Position numbers and translations under genes: made by a program | Assembly (NCBI GenBank): GCA_041660105.1 | Contig: JBAZWZ010000001.1 | Location: 64,523 to 128,522 of the forward strand | Direction: 5' to 3' | Origin: Minisyncoccota bacterium | GTDB lineage: Bacteria; Patescibacteriota; Minisyncoccia; Phycocordibacterales; UBA1550 | Length of the DNA stretch: 64,000 nt | Shown: in pieces, positions 38,004 through 47,140 of the stretch | How the letters are laid out: every line of letters begins with the position of its first letter | Numbering within the stretch: position 1 is the stretch's first letter | Notes under the pieces: model-generated | Told to the model about the DNA's origin: nothing | Seen by the model: the letters and a program-made list of their open reading frames with translations, nothing else | Database searches by the model: none

Positions 38004-38013
38004 CATTATTATC

Positions 38014-38202
38014 ATGAAAACAAACAAATCATTTACTAAAAGACTCAAGGTGACGAAGACAGGGAAAATCCTTGGTCGTAAGCCAGGCCAGAACCACTTC
38101 AACGCAAAGGCAAGTCGCTCAAAACAGCTCGCAGGAAAGCGTATGAGTGAGTTCCCTATGACCAACAAGGAGAAGGCTCGCTTCCTCCCTGGCCTCCTTT
38201 AA
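38014..38202 (+). CDS. rpmI: 50S ribosomal protein L35
   Basis: MKTNKSFTKRLKVTKTGK; position between infC and rplT. Confidence 0.93.
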   Translation: MKTNKSFTKRLKVTKTGKILGRKPGQNHFNAKASRSKQLAGKRMSEFPMTNKEKARFLPGLL

Positions 38203-38240
38203 TCCCAAGCAATCAGCTTTTATAAGTAACATAAACTAAT

Positions 38241-38585
38241 ATGACAAGAGTAAAACGAGGAACAACTTCACTTAAGCGCCGTCGAAACGTCCTAGCCCAG
38301 GTAAAGGGCTACCGTTTCGGTCGTAGCACCAAGGAGATTCAGGCAGTTGATGCTATTGCACACGCAGGAGCATATGCTTTTGCACACCGCAAGGACAAGA
38401 AGACAAGCTTCCGCCGTCTTTTCACTATCAAGATCAACGCTGCTCTCCGCCCTCTTGGTTTCTCATACAGCAAGTTCATTGACGCGCTCAAGAAGAAAAA
38501 CATCATCATCGACCGCAAGATCATGGCTGACCTCGCAGAACACAACCCAGAGACCTTTGCTAATTTGGTAAATGAAGTAAAGTAG
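38241..38585 (+). CDS. rplT: 50S ribosomal protein L20
   Basis: MTRVKRG, KGY, KINAA, YSKFI, DRKIMADLA. Confidence 0.97.
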   Translation: MTRVKRGTTSLKRRRNVLAQVKGYRFGRSTKEIQAVDAIAHAGAYAFAHRKDKKTSFRRLFTIKINAALRPLGFSYSKFIDALKKKNIIIDRKIMADLAEHNPETFANLVNEVK

Positions 38586-38594
38586 TAACTCTCA

Positions 38595-38644
38595 AATAAA
38601 AAAGCCGTCGAGCACCAGTACTGGTGCTCGACGGCTTTTTTATT
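38595..38644. terminator. 50-bp perfect palindrome, bidirectional terminator
   Basis: 25-bp arms, no spacer, A6/T6 runs, convergent genes. Confidence 0.85.
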
Positions 38645-38651
38645 AGGCGCG

Positions 38652-39302
38652 CTACATTATCCTCTCTCCGCCTTTCCCCCCTACCCCATCGTGGTTTTCA
38701 TAAATATACTGAGGGCAGTTTTCACCAAGGTCGCAGGTCTTTTGCGCATACACACTATCGATGATTTTTGCAACAAGCTCCTTGGGACTCTCGTCAAAAA
38801 TAACTACACCTTCTTCTTTGCGATGACTCTTCTCAAGCATATTTTCGAGGATCTCATCCATCTCCCACGGACCACGGAGAACACCGATTGCTTTATGATC
38901 TTCAAACGCAATAGTGAATTCATTCACCGTACCAATACGCCCACAACCAACAATAACCGCATCCGATGCGCGCGTAAGGAGAAGGTTGCGACCAGAGTAT
39001 CCGAAGCCTGTGTAAATAATAATGTCCAAATAGTCGAGGGGGAGACCATAAGTGTCGACGTGCTCACGCTCTGTCGACGCTGGAGACATCCCGATAGAGA
39101 TACCACCTTCTTCCTTTGCTCCCATCGCAGCCCAAAGAGGAAATCCTGTCGTTGCTCCGGTCACGAGGATCCCTCCCTGTCGTACGATCTCTCGTCCAAG
39201 CTCCTTTGCGCTGTCAATCGCCCCATCGCCACAGTGGGTTGTGTCGGCTGCTCCTGATATACAAATCTTTATTTTAGTATGCTGGTGTTTTTCGTTTCCC
39301 AT
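38652..39302 (-). CDS. LOG/SLOG superfamily nucleotide-binding protein
   Basis: LVTGATTG, IGMSP, TGFG..GRN, GRIGTVNE. Confidence 0.85.
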   Translation of the reverse strand: MGNEKHQHTKIKICISGAADTTHCGDGAIDSAKELGREIVRQGGILVTGATTGFPLWAAMGAKEEGGISIGMSPASTEREHVDTYGLPLDYLDIIIYTGFGYSGRNLLLTRASDAVIVGCGRIGTVNEFTIAFEDHKAIGVLRGPWEMDEILENMLEKSHRKEEGVVIFDESPKELVAKIIDSVYAQKTCDLGENCPQYIYENHDGVGGKGGERIM

Positions 39303-39334
39303 AATATTGTTTCGCTAGTATACCCCCTTTGCTA

Positions 39335-40687
39335 CTAAAAGTCGATTTCTACTTCATCCCCTGACTTTGGCACACGAGCATCAACCCCGAGATAATCACG
39401 AACACGCTGAGCGAAGAAGAGTCCAGCACCTAACTCTGCGTGGACCACAAAAACCTTCTTCACCGAAGCTTGCATTTGTGTCACGTACTCGATGAGCGCA
39501 TTCATATCTTTGTGTGCTGAGTAACCCTGAAGCGTAATTACTTTTGCTTTGACGGGAACATCCTCATCAAAAATTCTCACACTCTTTGCGCCCTCTTGAA
39601 GTGCACGTCCTGTCGTACCGACCGCTTGGTACCCGACGAGGAGAAGTGTGTTATTGGGATCAGGGAGATAGTTGCGTTCGTGATGCATCACGCGTCCACC
39701 GTTTGACATACCAGAGCCCGCAATAATAACCTTTGGGTTTGGAACATCCTTTATCGCGATAGAATCTTGTGAGCGCTCGGTAAAGCGAAGTTTTGGGAAT
39801 TTAAAAATATCATCTCCCCCCCTCATCGCTTCTTGAATCTGCGCGTTGAAATATGCGGAGTTTTCGCTAAATACTTTTGTAACCTTAATGGCAAGTGGGG
39901 AATCCACAAAAACAGGTACTTCGGGGATTTTTCCCCCCTCGACCATCCCATTGATTTCAAAAAGAAGATCTTGTGTGCGCTCGATAGAAAATGCAGGAAT
40001 AACAAGAACTCCCTTGTGATTAATAGTATCCATAATCACATCCTTGAGACGGTTCGCTCTCTCTTCAAGGTCCATATGCACTCGGTCGCCATACACTGCT
40101 TCCATTACGAGATAGTCGACATCCGTAAGAAGAGCCGTGTCAGGCATAAGCACTGAGGAACTTCCGAGGTCACCAGAGAAGATGAGCTTCTTGTCATTGT
40201 GCACCATCTCGACCATCGCTGAGCCAAGGATGTGCCCCGCATCGCGAAAGCGAACATGAAGATCGTTTTTAAAAATTACATCTTGGTCATACGGAATAGC
40301 CTCCCAATGTGCAAATGCTCTATCAACCGCATCTTGATGATACAGAGGCTCGTGCTCATCTGCCTTTGCTTCACGTGCGATAACATTGAGCGTGTCTTCA
40401 AGCATAAGCTTCGCGATAGCACGTGTGGGCGGGGTAGAATAAATCTTACCTTTGAAACCCTCGTTCATAAGCTTGGGGATACGTCCGACGTGATCGAGGT
40501 GAGCATGCGTTACAAAAAGCGCATCGATGTTTGGTACGTCGTAGGGAAACGGCTCATTGTTTTTGTCATCACAAACCTTCACCCCCTGGAAAAATCCGCA
40601 GTCAATCATTACACTCACCCCCTCTCCCTCAAGTATGTGATTTGACCCTGTCACCTCCCCTGCTGCTCCGTAAAATTTTAGTTTCAT
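39335..40687 (-). CDS. MBL-fold beta-CASP nuclease
   Basis: GAAGEVTGS, THAHLDHVG, AGHILGS, FSGDLG, AGSGM, YSAHKD. Confidence 0.93.
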   Translation of the reverse strand: MKLKFYGAAGEVTGSNHILEGEGVSVMIDCGFFQGVKVCDDKNNEPFPYDVPNIDALFVTHAHLDHVGRIPKLMNEGFKGKIYSTPPTRAIAKLMLEDTLNVIAREAKADEHEPLYHQDAVDRAFAHWEAIPYDQDVIFKNDLHVRFRDAGHILGSAMVEMVHNDKKLIFSGDLGSSSVLMPDTALLTDVDYLVMEAVYGDRVHMDLEERANRLKDVIMDTINHKGVLVIPAFSIERTQDLLFEINGMVEGGKIPEVPVFVDSPLAIKVTKVFSENSAYFNAQIQEAMRGGDDIFKFPKLRFTERSQDSIAIKDVPNPKVIIAGSGMSNGGRVMHHERNYLPDPNNTLLLVGYQAVGTTGRALQEGAKSVRIFDEDVPVKAKVITLQGYSAHKDMNALIEYVTQMQASVKKVFVVHAELGAGLFFAQRVRDYLGVDARVPKSGDEVEIDF

Positions 40688-40698
40688 TTTTTGATAAT

Positions 40699-41103
40699 TT
40701 ATTTTTTTAATTTCATCCACCACCACACAAGCACAGCCATCGTCGTACCTCCTAGTATATCAAATAAAAGGTCACCTAGGGTATCGAGAATATCATTCAT
40801 ATACCCAACGGTAAAAAGACTGACTACTGCTTCAAATACTTCCCACAGGAGTCCTATGCCAAAAGCCACAAAGATGCTCACGGTCAAAATAGGCAGAAGT
40901 GTGTGTGGCTCTAAACCTTTTCTAAAATAAAAATACCAGATTGCCATTCCGCCAAGCCACACCCCTCCCGCAAAGTGCATTGGCATATCAAACCAGCGGT
41001 AAATCCAGTACCAACTGTGGGTTTCTGCAAGAGCATTCGCAATAGCAATAACAATGAGGAGAAAAGTGAGCGAAATAGGGATTTGGGGAGCCTTCGGTTT
41101 CAT
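40699..41103 (-). CDS. Membrane protein with D..MH / WE..E / DT..DL motifs (DUF2238/VanZ-like)
   Basis: WFDMPMHFAGG, LLWEVFE, DTLGDLLFDILG. Confidence 0.75.
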   Translation of the reverse strand: MKPKAPQIPISLTFLLIVIAIANALAETHSWYWIYRWFDMPMHFAGGVWLGGMAIWYFYFRKGLEPHTLLPILTVSIFVAFGIGLLWEVFEAVVSLFTVGYMNDILDTLGDLLFDILGGTTMAVLVWWWMKLKK

Positions 41104-41145
41104 AATTGTAATTATATCACACTGAACATTGAATATACTCTGCTC

Positions 41146-41271
41146 ATTTTACGTGCAAGATTGGATACGATTCTAGGCGCCCATAAAATTTCTGACTAAG
41201 GTGTATATAAATACTCCGCAGGAAGAAATTTTATGGGGAACAACGAAGCGTGCCAATCTTGCACGTAAAAT
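41146..41271. repeat. Long imperfect palindromic element (AGGCGC/CAACGA internal-loop family)
   Basis: ATTTTACGTGCAAGATTGG/CCAATCTTGCACGTAAAAT, CCATAAAATTTCT/AGAAATTTTATGG and apex GTAT-ATAA-ATAC. Confidence 0.85.
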
Positions 41272-41310
41272 TGAAAAAGCCCCTATGCAGGGGCATAGTG
41301 GCTTTTACTC

Positions 41311-41434
41311 AGGGATACTGGAGGTATTGACCCTAGATTACTCTAGGTGGGTGCCCGCAATCATACACCAAGGCGTATGAAAATATGAGGCTCCCGTGTC
41401 AATAGCTTAGGAGACAATACCTACAATGTCCCTA
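41311..41434 (-). ncRNA. ssrS: Probable compact 6S RNA
   Basis: Rod with closing stem AGGGACATTGTAGGTATTG/CAATACCTCCAGTATCCCT, central bubble, 6S-like GGGAGC and GGCACCCACC motifs, promoter TTGCAA-N16-TATTAT upstream; ends approximate. Confidence 0.65.
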
Positions 41435-41544
41435 CTACAATAATAGCGCACGCCTAAACTTTTGCAATGTTGCTTTTTCATTACAAAACAAAAACCTTGC
41501 CTTAAGCAAGGTTTTTGTTAAACACACAAGGATACTTCAAGAGA

Positions 41545-42021
41545 TTAAAATGATTCGTCGGCGTAAACAAAATCAAAGTTCGACTTCTTGTAGTCAAAAA
41601 TTTCCTCCTTCTTAAAGAATCGCGCTACTTCTGCCTTGCCATTCTCTACTGAGTCTGACGAGTGAACAACGTTTGACTGAATCGAGAGCGAAAGGTCTCC
41701 TCGGATACTCCCTGCATCTGCGTCAAAACCCTTGGTTGGACCAACAATGATACGTGTTGCTGAAACTGCGTTGATGCCTGAGAGCACCATCACTACCACA
41801 GGGGTCGCCTTCATAAAGTCCCTAATTCCTGCGAAAAATGGCTTATCCGCAATGTGCGCATAATGAGCCTCGAGAAGAGCGTCCTCAAGCTGAATCATCT
41901 TCATTCCCACAATATTCAACCCCTTACGCTCAAAACGGGTTGTAATCTCTCCCAAAAGCCCACGCTCCATTGCGTCTGGCTTTACAATAATAAGTACCTG
42001 CTCTTCCTTTGGATGTGCCAT
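41545..42021 (-). CDS. ndk: Nucleoside diphosphate kinase
   Basis: IVKPDA, RFERKG, HYAH, GSIRGD, NVVHSSDS. Confidence 0.96.
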   Translation of the reverse strand: MAHPKEEQVLIIVKPDAMERGLLGEITTRFERKGLNIVGMKMIQLEDALLEAHYAHIADKPFFAGIRDFMKATPVVVMVLSGINAVSATRIIVGPTKGFDADAGSIRGDLSLSIQSNVVHSSDSVENGKAEVARFFKKEEIFDYKKSNFDFVYADESF

Positions 42022-42060
42022 GATTGATTTTTAAGGAGCAAAGCGACTATAAAAATCATC

Positions 42061-42120
42061 ACCCTGTTAAATGACTTTCACTTCAGTGAAAGTCCCTGCT
42101 TTGCAGGATTTAACTGGGGT
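42061..42120. repeat. ACCCTGTTAAAT/ATTTAACTGGGGT TIR element enclosing two hairpins
   Basis: Three-way junction with GACTTTCAC-TTCA-GTGAAAGTC and CCTGC-TTT-GCAGG. Confidence 0.7.
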
Positions 42121-42223
42121 TTGAAATACAACCACCTACTCCTATTAATTAACTATTAAGATTGAGCCATTCTAGCAGAAAAACACCCCGCGGACAACAA
42201 ACATCGGGTTTTTTCTGAAAATT

Positions 42224-44977
42224 TTAGCTTCGATATCTCCCCATAATCTCTGCTTCCACTTCCTCACGCGGTGCGCCGTATTTCAAATACGAAAGTTGTT
42301 TCAGTTGCTCTGCGTAGGCGACGTTGCCTTGCTCAAGTGGGAAAGTTTCAATATTGAATGGTTTTGCTGGCTGACCATTCACCAGCATACTGACGTACGC
42401 ATTGCGGTTGTCGAGTTTGGTAATATCAGAAGCGCTAAAGGTCGGTGCAAATTTCTTTTCCAAATATTCTGCATCCTCAGGCCCCACACGGAAGACTGCC
42501 ATATTGCCGACGTTACCAAAGACTGCATTTTTGATTTCTTCTGAGAGCTGGGAGATGTACTGATGCGCGACGTTGAGCGATAAGCGATACTTGCGAGCCT
42601 CGGAGAGAATAGTCGCGATGGATGGCGTCGTGACATTTTGGAATTCGTCGATGTATAGATAAAAATCATTTGGCTTTTCAGCAGAACCAAACATGTCTAC
42701 ACGCGAAAGCGCTGCCATAGTAATCTTGCCGACAAGCACAAGTCCAATAAGGTTGGCGTTGATATCACCGAGGCGACCCTTGGAGAGGTTCACAAGAAGA
42801 ATCTTTTTGTCGTCCATTATTTGTCTGAAGTTGAGGACTGACTTTTGCTGAAGCACTACGGGACGCATAATTTCGTTGGAAATAAATGGGTCGAACTTGC
42901 TTGAGATGTATGGCACGAAGTTGGCCAAACCTTGATCCCCCGTCGTCTTCTCGGCGCTCTCCCAGAACTGCAAGATGATTGGGTTCTTACACTTCGTGAG
43001 TTTCATATCACGGAAGGCTTTGTCTGAAAGCACGCGCGTAATTTCAAGGAGTGTGCTCCCTGATGAAGTGTCTTCCATCACGAGAGCTGCGGCATTGCGG
43101 AAGTAGAGCTCAAACATCGCCCCTCCACCCACCTTCATATCAAAGAGTTGATTAAAGATGTTCATCATTTCGTTCACGACGAAAGTCTTCTGCTCTGGGT
43201 AACGCTCATCGTACTCGAGCATATTGAGACCCATTGGGCGCGCCGTGTATGAAGGGTCAAAGTAAATCACATCGTCCGCACGCTCAGGAGGAATGAGCGA
43301 GAGAATATCTTGCACATCAGAACCGTGTGGGTCGATGAAGCAGACGCCGTCGCCGTTTTTGATATCCTGCATAATCATCGTCTTCAAAATATGCGACTTA
43401 CCCGTACCTGTCTGACCGATGACATACATATGACGCACACGTTCGTCGCGACCCATACGCACGAGGGTCTCTTTGTTGTGATAAATATTTTTTCCGAGGA
43501 TGATGCCGTCTTCTGACATCCCCGTAGGCGCTGGAGCAACACCTGCCTTTGCCTCCTTGAGCTCAGCAGAAGAAACCGTTGTCACAGGGAAATGGAACAT
43601 CGTCGCAAGCTCGCGGAGATTGAGTGGGAAACTTTCGTTATCCATAAACATACGGAAGCTAAAATGATAAATCTCCTCCATAAGTCCATGACCGCCTGGC
43701 TGACGCTTCCACTTGATAGCGTTTGCTTGTGGCTTGCCAAATTGGTTGAAGGAGCTTTCCACTTCGTTCAGCATCGACTCTGCGCGCTCTGCTGTTTGCG
43801 CTGAAGCTATGATACGAATGTTCGTGTCAACAATTGGTGACGCAATCTTCGCTTCGATATTTTTTACAGCATCTGCATCGACAGGCTCTTCCTTCTTTTC
43901 TTTTTCTCCGAAGAAAATTCCTTTTGCAGCACTCGCAAACTCACTCACAATTTGCGCCCCGGTGCTCTTGAGCGCATCTTTTGGTTTCACTCCTTTTTTA
44001 ATCTGCTCAAGCACTCCTTGATAGCGCGTATTAAAAAGTTTACCCGAAGGACGAATGATGAACTGCACCGCAACCCCTTCTCCATCTTTGTTTGTCTTTG
44101 AGAATGTTGAGAGGAGAACATTGAGAGGGTCTTGCGTGAACTCCTCGAAAGTACGGAGAGCATAAGCTGCCTCACCTGCTGGCTCTGCGTACGAAGCGAG
44201 GCTTACCCCGCCTTCGTTGAAGGGATTGTAGTCTTCACGATGCTCTGAGAGCTTCGCATCTGGATAAACTGCGAGCACCTGCTTCTCAAAAAGGTCTGCG
44301 TGCTCGAGAGGTACGGCTGAATAAAATACAATCTGCTCACTAAAGTTTGAAAGCGCGAGCTCAAGGGTAAAATAATTTCTCACCGTGCCATAATCCGCTC
44401 GTGTGTTTTCGATAGAAAGCATACCCGCATAGAGGTGCTCCATTCCCGACACAAGCTGCGCAACCTCACGCTTCTCCCCCTTGGGGTCGATAGGAGGAAG
44501 TGTCACTTCATAGAGACGCATTTTGAGAGCGCGAGCGATTTCCTTCTCCTTCATAATCCCCGGCACATCCCCTGTCTCAATAAGGAGCTGCACGAGCATA
44601 CGATGAAAGTCGTCCTCGATATGTGGGTTACCCAATTTCTCAAGAATCGAGAGAGCGTTCTTGATACCCTTCGTATTCATAATTTGTAAAAGCTGGTCGA
44701 TAGCTTCCTTGTGTTCAACCCCGAGCTTCACGACATTGGTCTCAAGCTCGTTAACTTTCATCTGATAACTCTTGTCGAGGACAGTGGCAACGGGCGCTGC
44801 CTTGTACTCAGCTATTTTTTCCTGCGCTATCTTTTCTTTCTGCTCAGCAATCTGCTCTGGCGAGCTCGCTCCTGGTGTAAGCTCACGCTCCCTCTCTGCA
44901 ATCTGCGCACGCAAAAAAACAACTTCCTCTTCAGGTGACCTAAACTGCTTGCCAATAGTGCCGTATTCGGGGTTCAT
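42224..44977 (-). CDS. VirB4/VirD4(TraD)-like ATPase of the type common in CPR
   Basis: RHMYVIGQTGTGKS, FIDPHG, LYIDEFQN, LSEARKY, AHQYISQL, FGNVG. Confidence 0.88.
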   Translation of the reverse strand: MNPEYGTIGKQFRSPEEEVVFLRAQIAERERELTPGASSPEQIAEQKEKIAQEKIAEYKAAPVATVLDKSYQMKVNELETNVVKLGVEHKEAIDQLLQIMNTKGIKNALSILEKLGNPHIEDDFHRMLVQLLIETGDVPGIMKEKEIARALKMRLYEVTLPPIDPKGEKREVAQLVSGMEHLYAGMLSIENTRADYGTVRNYFTLELALSNFSEQIVFYSAVPLEHADLFEKQVLAVYPDAKLSEHREDYNPFNEGGVSLASYAEPAGEAAYALRTFEEFTQDPLNVLLSTFSKTNKDGEGVAVQFIIRPSGKLFNTRYQGVLEQIKKGVKPKDALKSTGAQIVSEFASAAKGIFFGEKEKKEEPVDADAVKNIEAKIASPIVDTNIRIIASAQTAERAESMLNEVESSFNQFGKPQANAIKWKRQPGGHGLMEEIYHFSFRMFMDNESFPLNLRELATMFHFPVTTVSSAELKEAKAGVAPAPTGMSEDGIILGKNIYHNKETLVRMGRDERVRHMYVIGQTGTGKSHILKTMIMQDIKNGDGVCFIDPHGSDVQDILSLIPPERADDVIYFDPSYTARPMGLNMLEYDERYPEQKTFVVNEMMNIFNQLFDMKVGGGAMFELYFRNAAALVMEDTSSGSTLLEITRVLSDKAFRDMKLTKCKNPIILQFWESAEKTTGDQGLANFVPYISSKFDPFISNEIMRPVVLQQKSVLNFRQIMDDKKILLVNLSKGRLGDINANLIGLVLVGKITMAALSRVDMFGSAEKPNDFYLYIDEFQNVTTPSIATILSEARKYRLSLNVAHQYISQLSEEIKNAVFGNVGNMAVFRVGPEDAEYLEKKFAPTFSASDITKLDNRNAYVSMLVNGQPAKPFNIETFPLEQGNVAYAEQLKQLSYLKYGAPREEVEAEIMGRYRS

Positions 44978-45019
44978 GTTGAATATATTGTAACACAAAA
45001 ACCCCTATCAAAACCACGA

Positions 45020-45502
45020 CTACAAGATTTGAGCTTTTCTTTCCTTCGTACGAATCACAATAGATATAACCAATGCGGTCAAAAATAGTAGAGACCCATA
45101 GAAACATGGCGTCACAAAAGGACTCGAAGCAGGAACCCCGGAGCATCCAACACCCTGCCCAGGGAGGGCTGTATAAAAACGATACGCAAGGATGCCAAAG
45201 TTTGACCACGCAAACGCAGTACCCGCCGAGAGAAATACCATAAGAAATTTCTGACTTTTAATTCGTACTGCGTCTTCTTTGCCCACGAGCCAGACAGCCC
45301 ACGCAAAGGCAACCATAAATGCTATCGCCCCATAGAAACACGGCGTGGTGACGGGGTTTGGGAAAAGACAATTATCCACCTTGAGCAACGTCCCCTCTGA
45401 ACGATAAAATCGCATAAAGTCTATAACCACGGTCGTCCATGAAAAAATAACCCCTGCAAGAAGCGCGTACACCTGAAGCCAATATACTTTTTTATTATTC
45501 AT
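45020..45502 (-). CDS. Four-TM protein with duplicated C...TPCFYG motif
   Basis: Internal repeat NCLFPNPVTTPCFYG / GCSGVPASSPFVTPCFYG. Confidence 0.75.
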   Translation of the reverse strand: MNNKKVYWLQVYALLAGVIFSWTTVVIDFMRFYRSEGTLLKVDNCLFPNPVTTPCFYGAIAFMVAFAWAVWLVGKEDAVRIKSQKFLMVFLSAGTAFAWSNFGILAYRFYTALPGQGVGCSGVPASSPFVTPCFYGSLLFLTALVISIVIRTKERKAQIL

Positions 45503-45514
45503 ATAGTAAATGAT

Positions 45515-46297
45515 TTATTTCAATTCCCTCTTCGTCAAAACTTCAGGTGCACCGTCGGTGATGAGGATTGTGTGCTCGAAATGCGCGCTGCGCTTATGGT
45601 CGCGCGTCACAAATGTGTAACCGTCAGGAAGCAATTTAATATAGCGCGTTCCCTCATTCACAATAGGCTCGAGAGCGATGACCATTCCTGGCTTCAACTT
45701 CATCCCCTGCCCACGGTCGCCATAGTTTGAGATGTGTGGATCTTCGTGTTGCGCATATCCGACACCGTGCCCACCGAGCTCCTCCACGACGACAAACTTG
45801 CTGTGGTCCTTCACATATTTCTCAATAGCATAACCAATGTCACCGACGGTGTTGCCACCACGTGATGCATCGATTGCTGCAATAAGCGCACCCTCTGTCG
45901 TCGCAATAAGTTGCTTTGCAATATCATCTATTTCTCCCACGGGCACCGTGAGCGCCGAGTCAGTAAAAAGACCTTTGTGCTTGAGTCCTGTATCAATACC
46001 GACAATGTCCCCTTCTTGGAGAACACGATTACCCCCGATACCATGCACAATCTCGTCGTTCACCGAAATACAGAGTGTCCCTGGGTACGGGATGATCATC
46101 CCCTCTGGTGTGTAGTGGAGAAACGCTGGTTCATCCCCGCCGTCTCTCATAAGCTTCTCCGCCATCTTGTCGAGCTCTCCCGTAGTGACACCTGGCTTTG
46201 CAGCGTCACGGAGTGCGGACAAAATGCGCGCGAGGCGCTTGCCTCCTTCACGCATAATCTCAATCTCCTCTCCAGTTTTTATAAACCCCGTTTTCAT
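45515..46297 (-). CDS. map: Methionine aminopeptidase type I
   Basis: CISVNDEIVHG, GDIVGID, GHGVG..HEDP, ALEPIV, SAHFEHT. Confidence 0.97.
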   Translation of the reverse strand: MKTGFIKTGEEIEIMREGGKRLARILSALRDAAKPGVTTGELDKMAEKLMRDGGDEPAFLHYTPEGMIIPYPGTLCISVNDEIVHGIGGNRVLQEGDIVGIDTGLKHKGLFTDSALTVPVGEIDDIAKQLIATTEGALIAAIDASRGGNTVGDIGYAIEKYVKDHSKFVVVEELGGHGVGYAQHEDPHISNYGDRGQGMKLKPGMVIALEPIVNEGTRYIKLLPDGYTFVTRDHKRSAHFEHTILITDGAPEVLTKRELK

Positions 46298-46308
46298 AAA
46301 AAATTATA

Positions 46309-46400
46309 AATGTCTAATGTTAAATTTTTAAATAATGTTTAGGTGCAGTTTCTAAAATATAAATTTATTTTAAAATTAAAAATTAAGAATTTGAAATTTT
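46309..46400. repeat. AT-rich inverted short-period repeat element; relative at 60931-61038
   Basis: Shared TAAATTTTTAAATAAT and ATTTATTTT.AAATT..AAATTAA..ATTTGAAATT blocks. Confidence 0.65.
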
Positions 46401-46985
46401 AAGGCACTTAATAACATCATTAAATACTTCATCAGGGGTTTGCTCGCCATTGATTTCACAAAACCGGTACCCTGAAGCAGTGCGGTAATACTCGATTGTT
46501 GGAACAACGTCTTTTGTAAAAAATGCGAGTCTGCGAGCAATTACTTCAGGATTCAGGTCGTCAGCGCGACCGCGTCCCCGAAGATGATCTTCTGCCCACT
46601 TTTCTGAAACATTTATAAAAATAATCGCGGGGTTATTGCGCTTATAAAAAGAAAAAGCGGTGTCAAGAATCTTTGCTTCTTCGAGGGCGCGGGGTGCCCC
46701 GTCAAAGATAATGTGTTCGTTGCCATGCAATCTCTCAATAAACATATGCGACCAAATCCACACTGCCAGAAAATCCGGCTGACGGCCTCCTTCGTCATTA
46801 ATTTTTCGCGCAAGGTCCCACGTGTGCCCTGTGTCATTGATATGCTGACGAAAATGATCCCCTGTCTCGAAATACAGAATGGGTGTGCCGGGAGAACGCT
46901 CCCTAATATAATTTTTGATCATTTCTGATTGCGTCCCCTTCCCTGAACCCGAACGCCCTATGAAGATTACTGTTTGAAGTTCCAT
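46383..46985 (-). CDS. adk: Adenylate/nucleoside monophosphate kinase
   Basis: GRSGSGKGTQ, TGDHFR, FDGAPR, RGRADD; secY-adk-map synteny. Confidence 0.88.
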   Translation of the reverse strand: MELQTVIFIGRSGSGKGTQSEMIKNYIRERSPGTPILYFETGDHFRQHINDTGHTWDLARKINDEGGRQPDFLAVWIWSHMFIERLHGNEHIIFDGAPRALEEAKILDTAFSFYKRNNPAIIFINVSEKWAEDHLRGRGRADDLNPEVIARRLAFFTKDVVPTIEYYRTASGYRFCEINGEQTPDEVFNDVIKCLKISNS

Positions 46986-47009
46986 AGTGAGAGTGTATCA
47001 CAAAATGCA

Positions 47010-47140
47010 GGACAGAGGGAACACTTGGGACAAGGGGAACAAAAATGCACAAAAAATTTGAAACGCACCGTCGCGTAGCGGCGGTGCGTTTCTTTGTTCC
47101 CCCTGTTCCCCTTGTCCCAAACGTTACCCTTTTGTCCCCC
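47010..47140. repeat. Inverted nonamer tandem-repeat element with central hairpin
   Basis: Degenerate GGGACAAGG/GGAACAAAA units on the left, TGTTCCCCC/TGTCCC units on the right, central AAACGCACCGTCGC-GTA-GCGGCGGTGCGTTT. Confidence 0.75.

Noticed and set aside
42224-44977. Conjugative element based on the VirB4/VirD4-like ATPase
   Set aside because: No relaxase or other T4SS genes; it is embedded among housekeeping genes, as is common in CPR.
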